The notes below the pieces were generated by a model, which was given only the letters and a program-made list of their open reading frames with translations, ran no database searches and had not been told where the DNA came from. A stretch of 64,000 bases of DNA from Bacteroides sp. (lineage in GTDB: Bacteria > Bacteroidota > Bacteroidia > Bacteroidales > Muribaculaceae), in assembly GCA_014802385.1 (NCBI GenBank), contig JAAVCJ010000025.1:40159-104158 (forward strand), given 5' to 3'. Position numbers and translations under genes: made by a program. Below are positions 16,340 to 25,497 of the stretch, in pieces (within the stretch, counting starts at the first letter, position 1; each line of letters opens with the position of its first letter).

Positions 16340-16888
16340 TTAACCCTCGTTACAAGTGTCACAGCCACAAAGACGGCTACCCGACACACGGGCCACACGC
16401 AGGTAGTTGCAACCACCCACAGCCGAGTTCAAGCCGGTGCCATTGTTGTTCTGAAGCAGAGCAAGAGCCTCAGCCTGTGCCAGTGCGTTCGAAGTTGCGT
16501 TGGCAGCACCGCCGTAAGCGGTAGTGTAAGCCTGATTACGCAGCGTGTTCTGAACGTCGATGTTCACGCCGTCCTGACGGGTAGCCTCACGGCTAACTAC
16601 GCCTGCAAGAATCTCGGTGGTCTTGTTCATCTGCTCGATTGCCTGTGCGTTACCGCGGGCGCGAGCCTTCGACGCCTGATTGATTCCCCAGATACCTGCG
16701 ATGGCAAGCAAGAGAGCGCCACCTCCGAGACCGGCACCGAGACCGATACCTGTTGCGGCCATACCATTACGGTGGTAGCCATAACCGTGACCATAGCCAC
16801 AGCCGTCACCATACCAGTTACCGGCGCGAGAAGTGCGGGCAGTGTCCCACATGGCGAGGTCGCCTGAAGTAAGATAATTACCTTCCAT
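16340..16888 (-). CDS. Gly-rich membrane protein with glycine-zipper TM segment and C-terminal CGCDTC motif
   Basis: ATG at 16888 (MEGNYLTSG...). Contains YGDGCGYGHGYGYH, the TM segment GIGLGAGLGGGALLLAIAGIWGI, and an Ala/Asn/Gln-rich C-domain. Confidence 0.55.
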   Translation of the reverse strand: MEGNYLTSGDLAMWDTARTSRAGNWYGDGCGYGHGYGYHRNGMAATGIGLGAGLGGGALLLAIAGIWGINQASKARARGNAQAIEQMNKTTEILAGVVSREATRQDGVNIDVQNTLRNQAYTTAYGGAANATSNALAQAEALALLQNNNGTGLNSAVGGCNYLRVARVSGSRLCGCDTCNEG

Positions 16889-17093
16889 AATTTGTAAAAC
16901 TTGAATTTTGGTTATGCGAAGCAACATCGCTCCGTGACTGCAAAATTGCAACACCTTACGTCCCCGTGGAATTAAGTATCAAATCCCATCTATTCCACTG
17001 ATAACCAACCAAAATATTGATACAAAAAAAATACCGGCACAGCCTCCCGATTCAGCCATGCCGGTATATCGACTCATAGACCCACCTTGTCCG

Positions 17094-20000
17094 CTACATC
17101 TTCACCCAGTCACCACCGTTGTCACGCCTCATAATCCCCCCCGGCGTCACCTTCAGGCCATATCCCCCCGCCAGCATATAGCTGCCCGACTTGTCAGCCG
17201 CCAACACCACGTCACCCCACGCCGTCGAGAAACCATCTTGATAAATCGTCGTCTGCTGGCCCACACCCACCTTAGCCTCACCCTTAATCCATACAGGTTC
17301 AAGATTACCACCCCGCCACGTGCCATTCTCATCATCCGCCACCTCATCCGACTTAATCGAGAACCTCAACGAACACATCGCTATATCCCTAACCGCTATA
17401 TAGTTAATCGCCGTCGAGAACAACACCTGGTTCTTTATCACCGTACTCTTAGCCGAACATCTGAACGTCTGCAACACATTATCCGCCCCGTCAATCAGTT
17501 CAATCGTCATAACCGGCTTATCATAGATCGGCCTCAACACCACGTCATTCCCGTCAGCCGTCATAACCGTCCCATCATCAGCCACCGCGTCATCATCAAC
17601 CACATTTGGAACTGCTGTGCCTATAATAGGCAACACAACACGATAGTCACACGTCAGAGATATTGACGTACCCTCCGCCACATTCGTCAGTATTCTCACC
17701 GTCATCGGGGCGCTCGTATTAATCGAGTAACCTTTTGTCGCAGTGTTCTTGACATGCACATTTCTCAGCTCCGGGCTTACATCCACCTTCGTCGATATAC
17801 CGTTTAATATATTACCCACATCAGGCATCTTGTCATTCGAGATCAGACAACGCGTCGCCCCCTCCTGGTCATACAGATACAACCCGTGATCCGTAAACTT
17901 GATATTGTCACCGAGCTCAATCAACCCCCTCATGAAACGTATCGTGTTACCCGCCGCATAGGCCGTACCATCATGCCTTACACCAAATAAAGCCCCATTC
18001 ACAGCATCCAGTGCCGCATCAATCTGCTCCCCACCGGCCCACATCGCCAGCGTGTTATCAACTCCGCCATTGATACCCGCCATCGTCCTGTATACACCCT
18101 CGCCGTCCGTATACCCTAATCTAAGCAACGACGCCAGTATCAGACCACCGATCATCGACCCACTCTCCGCCGCCGCATTTTTAATCGATTCCTTCAGGTA
18201 ATCAATCGACGGGTCACCATCCTCCGGCGCCGCCGACCACTCCGCCACCATACAGTTACCCCTCACCAGCATCAGCTCCGTGAACTCCTGCACACGCCCA
18301 TACGAGTTCAGACGCACAAAATAATCCCCCGACGGCTGGTTCCACACAAACGTCGTACCCTCCCTCTCACCAGTGCTCTCATCCGAGATTAGCTGGTAAT
18401 TACTCCCGTCAAACAGCCACAACGTCACCCGGTCATCAGGCGCCCCGTTCAGAGCACCCACATGGTCAGCCGTGAACACTCCCGTCGATCGCCCCCTTAT
18501 TGTGTACTCCGCACCCCTCTCCATCGGTATCGCCGTCGACAGCCTCGGCACATACAGGCTCCAGTCATTACTACCCGGCCTCGCCCCCGTCACATACGTC
18601 TCTCCCGTGTTCCTCAGCAAGTTGCGCGAACCCACCACCAAGCCCCCGACAACCTCGTCAGCCACCCCCTTGGCCGCCTCGTTCACATACTCCCCGATCG
18701 TTTTATCACCCACCGTCGACAGCACATTCAGCCTCGCCTTTATATTCAGCACACCGTTTATCCACTCTATAAAGCCCCCCTCATCGCCTATATACCACCT
18801 CGGTCTGCCATTGTACATCCCCGACTGCCGCCCTACAAAGTAATACTCCACACCCTCGGCACCCACCGAGTCCAGCCCCTCGACATACCGCTCATAGCCA
18901 CCCCCCGACACATCTCTCACCTTCATATAACGGCGGTTCGCGTCCGTATAGCTGCCACGCTGCACAATCACATCCCCCGCCTCCGGCACCCCCGTCCCGT
19001 TCACACCTCCGTCCGGCCACCCCACAGGCCGCTCCGACCCGTCACGCCGCTTCGTCAGCACCACATAGTCAGCCCCCACCTCCGTCACCCTGCGCCGATA
19101 GAACTTCAGTTCAGCATTCTCAGGTGTCATACGGTTATTCCACGCCACATCTCCAACCCTGAAGAGATTAGCCACCGTCCCCTCATGCTGGTCAAAATAA
19201 CACTTATATCCCCCCGTCATCTCATCTACACGCACAATCTCCATAGCCGCCACACTCTCCACCACCATGCCCCCCTGGCCCAGCACCTGGTTCACCACAA
19301 GATTATTCACCTCCACGTCCTCACGCACCATCAGCCTGTCCGCCTCGACAACCCAGTTACCCCCCGCGTCCTTATACACACCCCAGCCCGTGCCCCCCAC
19401 CATACCGCTCCTGAAACCTATCGACGACAACAGCGACCCGAACTCCGTCGGCGAAATCGACCTGTCGGGCAACCCATCCTTTCTCAGATACAGCTTGTCA
19501 CCCACAGCCCTCACAATCTGCTCGATATTGCTTATCGACCCCACCTGCTTAGCCAGCGCCGACACCTCACCCTGCAACATAGCCACCGGGCTCGCCGACA
19601 CCTCATAACGGTCACTCAGCACAATCTCCACATCAGGATTCAACGCCGCGTCCTCCGACGTCGGCTCACGATACGTATACGTCAGCGCCGACAGGTACAG
19701 CTCCTCCGTCGCCCCGTCAATAAAACGCTTATCCGCCAGCCTCAGCGAGTCCCCCGGCCTCAGAACAAGCCCCCCCGTCCCCATCAGCTCATTCATTCTC
19801 ACACGGTCAGTCTGCACCACCCACGTCGGCCTTATATCACACTTCTGCGCGAGCACGTCCTTCTTCCACCCGTCAACACGCTCCTCTCCCCACTTCACAT
19901 ACAGATGAGGCATATCTATACCCGTCAGGAAAAAGAAATCACCCGCCTGCGCCTGCCTCATCACCGACGGCACATACACCCCCAGCGCCTCCATCTCAGC

Positions 20001-21959
20001 GTCACTCTTACCTAGCTCAATACACCACTCCGACCAATACTCATGCTCCACCCTCACACCATTCTCCACCGTCTCCCACCGGCACAGCCTCCTGTCATAC
20101 TTCGGCATCGACGCTATCACAAACTCATAGTCCTCATGCGCCAGCGCCCCGCTACCGAACACCACCTTAGCCTCATTACCCACACGGTCACCCAGTATAG
20201 GCTCCCACACACGCTTTGCATACTGCGCCTCAGTCTCCCTCTCCCCCTTCACCGACTGCCATATATTCTTAACCCATATACGCCACGTGTCACGCCACTT
20301 ATCATCAAGCGTCGCGCTGGTCAGCCTCGGGCCCTCCAGCGACAACGTCACCTTATGATCATCACCCGTGGTATTCTCAACCCTGCACGACACCATGTAC
20401 CTGTACCTGCCCGACGCTATACCCGACGCCGGCACCCTCGCGCCACCACCATCCTCAAGCACCACCGTCGTCTCCGTCACCACCACACCCTCAATCGTCG
20501 TCTCAGCCTCAGTCTCCGTCACCTTCTCGTCAATAACCCACCGCCCCTTACTGAAATCCCAATAGAAAACATACGTCTTCCCCTTGATGATTTTCGACGA
20601 CTTCACCACAATGCGCCCCTCATCAAAGTTCGCCGTCTTATCCTCCGGCACCGTAAACCATGACCCGGTCAGCTCAATAACCACACTACCGTTCGCCGGC
20701 ACCCTCTCAGTCTTAGGCACACAATTCTCAATCGCCGACAACTGCGCGTCACTCTCCGTCGCCCCCCCCACATCATCACTCATTATCGGCTCCACATCAA
20801 CCACCTCATCAACACGCCCCATCGGCTCCACCGTCACCCCTTGTATCGTCGGGTAAATATCCTCATTATTCTCCAGTCCGTTCATCAGCGGCCCATACTT
20901 CGCTATCGACGAGTCACCCTTCACCCACGGCGCGTAACCCGGCAACACCTCCACCACCTTGTCCGTCGCCACCGGCTCCACCGTTATCTCATCAGCCACA
21001 AACTCCACCGGGTCCCACCTCTCGTCCGTCAGACCCTTCCTGTAAGCCCACGGCGCGTAAGCATTAGTCTCACCCACCGGTACATACCCCTTATACTTGT
21101 CCCTGTGAGCTGTCTTCCAACCCTGTACATAACTTCTGAAAGTCGCCGGCATCAGATTCGCGAAGTATATATTCTCAAGCTCCTCCACCCAGTCCGGGTC
21201 AGCCTCAAACGTCCCGTTAGCCTCATCCTTATCCTTGAAATAGCGGTAAGGCACATTCTTCTCACCGCCACGTCCCAGCACCATATTCCCTATCTCATCA
21301 CTCTGCACCTGCCTCTCAACCCTCATCAATCCCCCCTCAAAGCCATACTCAAACACATGCCCCTGCTCCGTCGCCGGGTACCCCACCTTGATCACATACC
21401 TCTCCGGCCCCTCCACAGGCTCAATAACCCACCTCACACCATACACCTCATACAGCTTCAGCAACACATCCCACACATGCGAGTAACTAATCTCCACCAC
21501 CTCCGGCTCCGCCTTGTACACCCAGTCCCCATTCAGCTCAATCGTGATCCTGTCACCATAGTAACGCTCCAGCACCAGCCCAAGCAGCTTGCAGAAATCC
21601 CCCAGATTAAGACTCACCGACGCCACATACTTATCAGGCCACGCCACCCCGGCATCACCCGGCTGCACCGTGTAGAAGTACCACCGCTTCAGCTGATACT
21701 GCGCCCAATGCACAAACGTCAGCTCCACCACCGGGCTCCAGCTCGTATTCTCCTTGCTGCCCTGAGGCCTCCTCAGCGGCATAATATACTTGTGACCCTG
21801 AAAAACCACCTCCCAGTCACGCGCGAAAGCCTCCCTCACATCACCGTCAATCCTCACCTGCGACGTGATAGTCCACTCACCCATATCCACCATCGACACC
21901 GACGCCGAGCTCAACGTCGCCCCCTCCGGGAAATTCAACTCCTGTATATCCTTTATCAT
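17094..21959 (-). CDS. large tail fibre / host-specificity (tail tip) protein
   Basis: About 1620-aa ORF downstream of the tape measure module. The track start is GTG at 21983, but that codon lies inside the conserved GAGCC-GT-GAGCC leader motif, so the ATG at 21959 is preferred. Confidence 0.8.
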   Translation of the reverse strand: MIKDIQELNFPEGATLSSASVSMVDMGEWTITSQVRIDGDVREAFARDWEVVFQGHKYIMPLRRPQGSKENTSWSPVVELTFVHWAQYQLKRWYFYTVQPGDAGVAWPDKYVASVSLNLGDFCKLLGLVLERYYGDRITIELNGDWVYKAEPEVVEISYSHVWDVLLKLYEVYGVRWVIEPVEGPERYVIKVGYPATEQGHVFEYGFEGGLMRVERQVQSDEIGNMVLGRGGEKNVPYRYFKDKDEANGTFEADPDWVEELENIYFANLMPATFRSYVQGWKTAHRDKYKGYVPVGETNAYAPWAYRKGLTDERWDPVEFVADEITVEPVATDKVVEVLPGYAPWVKGDSSIAKYGPLMNGLENNEDIYPTIQGVTVEPMGRVDEVVDVEPIMSDDVGGATESDAQLSAIENCVPKTERVPANGSVVIELTGSWFTVPEDKTANFDEGRIVVKSSKIIKGKTYVFYWDFSKGRWVIDEKVTETEAETTIEGVVVTETTVVLEDGGGARVPASGIASGRYRYMVSCRVENTTGDDHKVTLSLEGPRLTSATLDDKWRDTWRIWVKNIWQSVKGERETEAQYAKRVWEPILGDRVGNEAKVVFGSGALAHEDYEFVIASMPKYDRRLCRWETVENGVRVEHEYWSEWCIELGKSDAEMEALGVYVPSVMRQAQAGDFFFLTGIDMPHLYVKWGEERVDGWKKDVLAQKCDIRPTWVVQTDRVRMNELMGTGGLVLRPGDSLRLADKRFIDGATEELYLSALTYTYREPTSEDAALNPDVEIVLSDRYEVSASPVAMLQGEVSALAKQVGSISNIEQIVRAVGDKLYLRKDGLPDRSISPTEFGSLLSSIGFRSGMVGGTGWGVYKDAGGNWVVEADRLMVREDVEVNNLVVNQVLGQGGMVVESVAAMEIVRVDEMTGGYKCYFDQHEGTVANLFRVGDVAWNNRMTPENAELKFYRRRVTEVGADYVVLTKRRDGSERPVGWPDGGVNGTGVPEAGDVIVQRGSYTDANRRYMKVRDVSGGGYERYVEGLDSVGAEGVEYYFVGRQSGMYNGRPRWYIGDEGGFIEWINGVLNIKARLNVLSTVGDKTIGEYVNEAAKGVADEVVGGLVVGSRNLLRNTGETYVTGARPGSNDWSLYVPRLSTAIPMERGAEYTIRGRSTGVFTADHVGALNGAPDDRVTLWLFDGSNYQLISDESTGEREGTTFVWNQPSGDYFVRLNSYGRVQEFTELMLVRGNCMVAEWSAAPEDGDPSIDYLKESIKNAAAESGSMIGGLILASLLRLGYTDGEGVYRTMAGINGGVDNTLAMWAGGEQIDAALDAVNGALFGVRHDGTAYAAGNTIRFMRGLIELGDNIKFTDHGLYLYDQEGATRCLISNDKMPDVGNILNGISTKVDVSPELRNVHVKNTATKGYSINTSAPMTVRILTNVAEGTSISLTCDYRVVLPIIGTAVPNVVDDDAVADDGTVMTADGNDVVLRPIYDKPVMTIELIDGADNVLQTFRCSAKSTVIKNQVLFSTAINYIAVRDIAMCSLRFSIKSDEVADDENGTWRGGNLEPVWIKGEAKVGVGQQTTIYQDGFSTAWGDVVLAADKSGSYMLAGGYGLKVTPGGIMRRDNGGDWVKM

Positions 21960-21965
21960 CAGTTC

Positions 21966-21988
21966 AAAAAAAATCAGGCTCACGGCTC
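21966..21988 (-). promoter_or_regulatory. leader motif AGAGCCGTGAGCC followed by U8, upstream of the tail fibre gene
   Basis: Minus strand reads AGAGCCGTGAGCCTGATTTTTTTTGAACTGATG. The motif proper is 21977-21988. Confidence 0.5.
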
Positions 21989-22151
21989 TGAAAAAAATAC
22001 TGCTTAAACTTGCAAAATACCCCGCCCTATACTACCTTTGCACACATCTTGTCGTGCTCTTGAAGAGGAGCTGACGGTGAATTAGACTTTTTCCCTCACA
22101 CACACCACCACCCACATCGGGTAGTGTAGAGTAGGGCAGAAGTCTATTTTT

Positions 22152-23144
22152 TTACACCGTCAGGTACTCGGTAAACCAGCGCTCATCCCCGTCATCGTCC
22201 AATCCCTCCGCTGTCTTCAACACCACCACATTCGACTGGAAATAAGCCACATTCGACACCCTCCTATCACCCTCATATATCGCCAGCCCATAAGTCAGCC
22301 GTCCACTCTTACCCGCCACACACGGTATTATGTAGTTACTGTCCGGCGCCTTCGTCGCCTCCACCACAATACGCCCCGACCTCTTCATCTCATTTCGTCG
22401 CCAGCCCACAATCTCCTCAAACGGCAACACACCCCCCTGTGAAAATACGCTCACGAGCCGCCCGTCATCACCCACCTCTAACATCATATTCTCGTCCGTC
22501 ACATGCCACCTCTTCACCTCCGACACCACCCCCCTGCGATTACGCTTACGGCCACGCCTCAGCAGCGCCACACGCCTCTCCCTCGTTAACGCCTCCGACA
22601 TGTTCACAAACAGCGACTCACCATCCGTACTCAGCCTCAGCTCCACCGCCTCCACCTCCTTCGTGTCAAAATCACACAGCGACGGCCGGCTCACATGTAT
22701 CGTCAGCGTCACCACCACACAATCCATCACACGCCCATCCTGCCGCCTGTAATAATCCCTCTCATCAACCTCAGCGATAACCTCAGGTATACCCACAATC
22801 CTGCACCGCTTATAGTCATCATACAGCGTCACCGTCTTGCACCGCTTCACATCACCCCCCTTCAGCCGCTCCCTCACAGCCTTATTCCACGCCCTGATCT
22901 TCGAGTTCGCATTTACCAGATCCTTGTTTCGCGCCTCGATAAGAAACTTCACCGAGTAGTCAAACACATCATCAACCGTCCTCGCGTCCACATGCTCCCC
23001 CTCCTCCTCAATATACGTCGACACATCACGCTTCTTCTCCGGCGCCCCAAACCGCCTGTCACCGCTCACATACACAAACCCCCACCTCTTGTAGAAATCC
23101 ACAACCTCACCCCCCTCAATCTTAACCCTGCAACTAATCATCAC
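22152..23144 (-). CDS. hypothetical tail-associated protein (distal tail protein candidate, by position)
   Basis: 330-aa ORF immediately upstream of the tail fibre gene. Confidence 0.5.
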   Translation of the reverse strand: MMISCRVKIEGGEVVDFYKRWGFVYVSGDRRFGAPEKKRDVSTYIEEEGEHVDARTVDDVFDYSVKFLIEARNKDLVNANSKIRAWNKAVRERLKGGDVKRCKTVTLYDDYKRCRIVGIPEVIAEVDERDYYRRQDGRVMDCVVVTLTIHVSRPSLCDFDTKEVEAVELRLSTDGESLFVNMSEALTRERRVALLRRGRKRNRRGVVSEVKRWHVTDENMMLEVGDDGRLVSVFSQGGVLPFEEIVGWRRNEMKRSGRIVVEATKAPDSNYIIPCVAGKSGRLTYGLAIYEGDRRVSNVAYFQSNVVVLKTAEGLDDDGDERWFTEYLTV

Positions 23145-23505
23145 AACACGGTCTATTCTTCAACTCACACGAGTCACACACATGGTTATTCTTATCATAC
23201 GCCAGCACCGGGCACCTCGACGTGTCACCCTCACAGTCATACGCCTCCTTCACCGCCTTCACCTTATGCTCATACTTCGCCTCCAGCCGCCTGTAGTCAG
23301 CCTCCTTATCCTGCAACATCTGGTCACGCCGCTGCAACATCTGGTCACACCGCTCAATGTGCGCATTCTGAATATCAATCACCTGCTGCACATTATCAAG
23401 AATATCACGCTCCTTCTTCTGCTTCGTCCTGTACGCATTCGTCACCCAGCCGATAATCAGCATCAGCACCGGCACCACAAGCTCAAAAATCAGCCTTTCC
23501 GTCAT
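23134..23505 (-). CDS. N-terminally anchored coiled-coil protein with C-terminal Cys cluster
   Basis: 123 aa. TM segment LIFELVVPVLMLIIGWV, then a charged helix, then CEGDTSRC...CDSC...CC. Confidence 0.5.
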   Translation of the reverse strand: MTERLIFELVVPVLMLIIGWVTNAYRTKQKKERDILDNVQQVIDIQNAHIERCDQMLQRRDQMLQDKEADYRRLEAKYEHKVKAVKEAYDCEGDTSRCPVLAYDKNNHVCDSCELKNRPCCDD

Positions 23506-24062
23506 ATCAACCCATTTTTATACACATTGAACACCACCCACCCGTTATCCACCGCACACACCTCATTCTCCCCGAACACCTCCACCGGCACCCTCACCGC
23601 GCCCCCGTTCAGGTGCCCCTCCGTGCAGGGACGCCGGGATTCATCACGTCCGCCGCGAAAACGGGAATCGCGCATCGTGCCCATCCCCGACGGCTCCACA
23701 CCCTCAATCCTCAGCCTGCACCCGTTCGCTATGTACAGCATCGGTATTATAGCCCTCCCGACATTCAGACCCACCCTGACAGTTCCACTGCAATTGTGCA
23801 GCACATACGCCTGCCGCTCATTAAGCACCTCCCCATCAAAAACCCTGTCCACAAACACACCCCTGTCCTCCTCATCAGCAAAAAAATCCCTCAGCACCTG
23901 TAGCGTAGGGAAATCACGCTCCAGACACCAGTCCGGGTTCGCCACATAATACTCCACCATCGCCCCCCTGTCAGCCGAGCCAAGCATCTGCCTGTACCCG
24001 TCAGCACAGATACCCTTGGCATGAGCCGTGTTTATAAGCTTCTCTTTCAGACCATCGTTCAT
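23502..24062 (-). CDS. hypothetical protein
   Basis: 186-aa ORF coupled to both neighbours. Confidence 0.55.
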   Translation of the reverse strand: MNDGLKEKLINTAHAKGICADGYRQMLGSADRGAMVEYYVANPDWCLERDFPTLQVLRDFFADEEDRGVFVDRVFDGEVLNERQAYVLHNCSGTVRVGLNVGRAIIPMLYIANGCRLRIEGVEPSGMGTMRDSRFRGGRDESRRPCTEGHLNGGAVRVPVEVFGENEVCAVDNGWVVFNVYKNGLI

Positions 24063-24556
24063 CGATTCATTCGTTTAATTAACCATATCACAGCGACACA
24101 GACAGCCACCGCCAATCCCCCCATAGCAATACCCCCCAAATCCATTTTAGACCGCTCCCACTGCGACAGCTCCCGCTCAACAGGGTAGGGGAGACGGATA
24201 GAGTCATTCTTGACTGATGACAGCTTAGTACGCAACTCGTTGATTACATTCTCCTGCTGTTTAACCTTACTTTCAAGTTCTTTTTCGCGGTTGGTCGAAC
24301 GGTAAACGATGCGCTCGCGGTCATGACGGGCAGTATCACCGTTTTCTCTCAGCACCAACGTTTCTTTCTCTCGGTCAAACAGCGAGTCAGAGCATGTTTC
24401 CTTTTCGCGTCTTGACTCAAAGAGCCTCAGCAACCGATTGTATATAGCCGTTGTGTCAACCTCGCGATACTCCGTCCCCACCGACTCCACCGGCACATAC
24501 TTTGTCGGAGCACAGCCCACAAGCACAAGCAATATGACTATATAAATAAACCTCAT
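24059..24556 (-). CDS. u-spanin-like lysis protein (lipoprotein signal plus C-terminal TM)
   Basis: The ATG at 24556 overlaps the endolysin stop (ATGA). Lipobox ILLVLVGC at the N-terminus, C-terminal TM GGIAMGGLAVAVCVAVIWLI followed by KRMNR. Confidence 0.5.
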   Translation of the reverse strand: MRFIYIVILLVLVGCAPTKYVPVESVGTEYREVDTTAIYNRLLRLFESRREKETCSDSLFDREKETLVLRENGDTARHDRERIVYRSTNREKELESKVKQQENVINELRTKLSSVKNDSIRLPYPVERELSQWERSKMDLGGIAMGGLAVAVCVAVIWLIKRMNR

Positions 24557-24954
24557 AGCTTCAAAATCTGACCACGGTTCACCCCCCCCCGTTTGTGGCT
24601 GACGTGAATCCACGAGAACCCCTTCTCATCAATCAACTGGTCAAACGGCAATTTCATGTCGATAGCAAGCTGAAAAAGCCGCGCATTATCCACCTTATTC
24701 CCCGTCGTTATATCAGCCGCCTCACCCACCGTGTGCTGACTCGTCGCCACACCACCCACCAGCCTGTTCAGCTCCCCGTTCCTATAGCCGCTCGTCACCT
24801 GTATCGGATGCCCCCACGCCTCCCTCAGCGGGTCAAGCACATTATCCACCAGCGCCGCCACATTCTTTTTGGCCGGTTCAGGCATCCTGTTGTCAATCGC
24901 ATAGCGAGTCCCGGTCTCGCTCCTCTCAAATTCACTAAAACTAAAGTATTTCAT
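24553..24954 (-). CDS. peptidase M15 (VanY/L-alanyl-D-glutamate peptidase-type) endolysin
   Basis: 133 aa. SGYRNGELNRLVGGVATSQHTVGEAADI supplies the zinc ligands of M15 peptidases. A G9 run lies in the sense strand at 24582-24590. Confidence 0.8.
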   Translation of the reverse strand: MKYFSFSEFERSETGTRYAIDNRMPEPAKKNVAALVDNVLDPLREAWGHPIQVTSGYRNGELNRLVGGVATSQHTVGEAADITTGNKVDNARLFQLAIDMKLPFDQLIDEKGFSWIHVSHKRGGVNRGQILKL

Positions 24955-24969
24955 AACCTATTAATTACA

Positions 24970-25254
24970 TTAATTCCTCGTCAACCTCCAGGTTCTCGGC
25001 ATGAACCTCATAAAACTCCTCACACAATAATACACCCTCCGTTTCGGCCTGGGCATCGGCGAACGGCTCAGCACATTCCTCACATTCTCCTTACGCTTCC
25101 CGAAGTACTCCGCCAAGTCGTCGGCCGTCCCCTCCACAGCCACCTCCCTCACAATCGAGTCATGAATCGACCTCAGCTGCTCAGGCGTGCAACGGTCATT
25201 CATCACCTCCCATTTCATGTAGTCAAGTATGTCTATAATTACCTGTTTGATCAT
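24970..25254 (-). CDS. hypothetical protein
   Basis: ATG at 25254 (MIKQVIIDIL...). The longer track ORF would run into the upstream hairpin/U8. Confidence 0.5.
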   Translation of the reverse strand: MIKQVIIDILDYMKWEVMNDRCTPEQLRSIHDSIVREVAVEGTADDLAEYFGKRKENVRNVLSRSPMPRPKRRVYYCVRSFMRFMPRTWRLTRN

Positions 25255-25262
25255 AGCGAAAC

Positions 25263-25310
25263 AAAAAAAAGAGCCACACACGAACTTAATCGCATGTGGC
25301 TCACGGCTCT
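25263..25310 (-). promoter_or_regulatory. leader motif AGAGCCGTGAGCC plus hairpin GAGCCACA/TGTGGCTC plus U8 (terminator or attenuator)
   Basis: Minus strand reads AAGAGCCGTGAGCCACATGCGATTAAGTTCGTGTGTGGCTCTTTTTTTT, then 7 nt, then ATG. Confidence 0.6.
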
Positions 25311-25319
25311 TTATATTTG

Positions 25320-25327
25320 CAAATGTA
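25320..25327 (-). promoter_or_regulatory. Bacteroidota-type -7 promoter box TACATTTG
   Basis: Matches TAnnTTTG, 10 nt upstream of the leader motif. A CTTG lies 20 nt further upstream. Confidence 0.4.
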
Positions 25328-25497
25328 GTTTATTTCAATGAATTGTGCAAGGGTTATTTAAGCATTACTCTAATAAATCGCCACCACAGCAACAACCCGT
25401 CCGTTTCCGGCCCCGGGCGCTCGCGCCCATAATTCATAGCCTGAGAAACGCGAGCCTCAAAGCCCCTTCCCATTGCAGACAAGCACCACATTGCACC

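Noticed and set aside
17094-21983. Diversity-generating retroelement targeting the tail fibre
   Set aside because: No reverse-transcriptase-like ORF and no template/variable repeat pair could be found in the window.
17058-22007. Long plus-strand ORFs (202, 517, 206, 388 aa and others) antisense to the tail fibre gene
   Set aside because: Their products are monotonous Pro/His/Arg/Leu/Thr-rich strings with no domain-like features. They result from the strong codon bias of the minus-strand gene, which removes stop codons from antisense frames. The 1629-aa minus-strand ORF explains the region.
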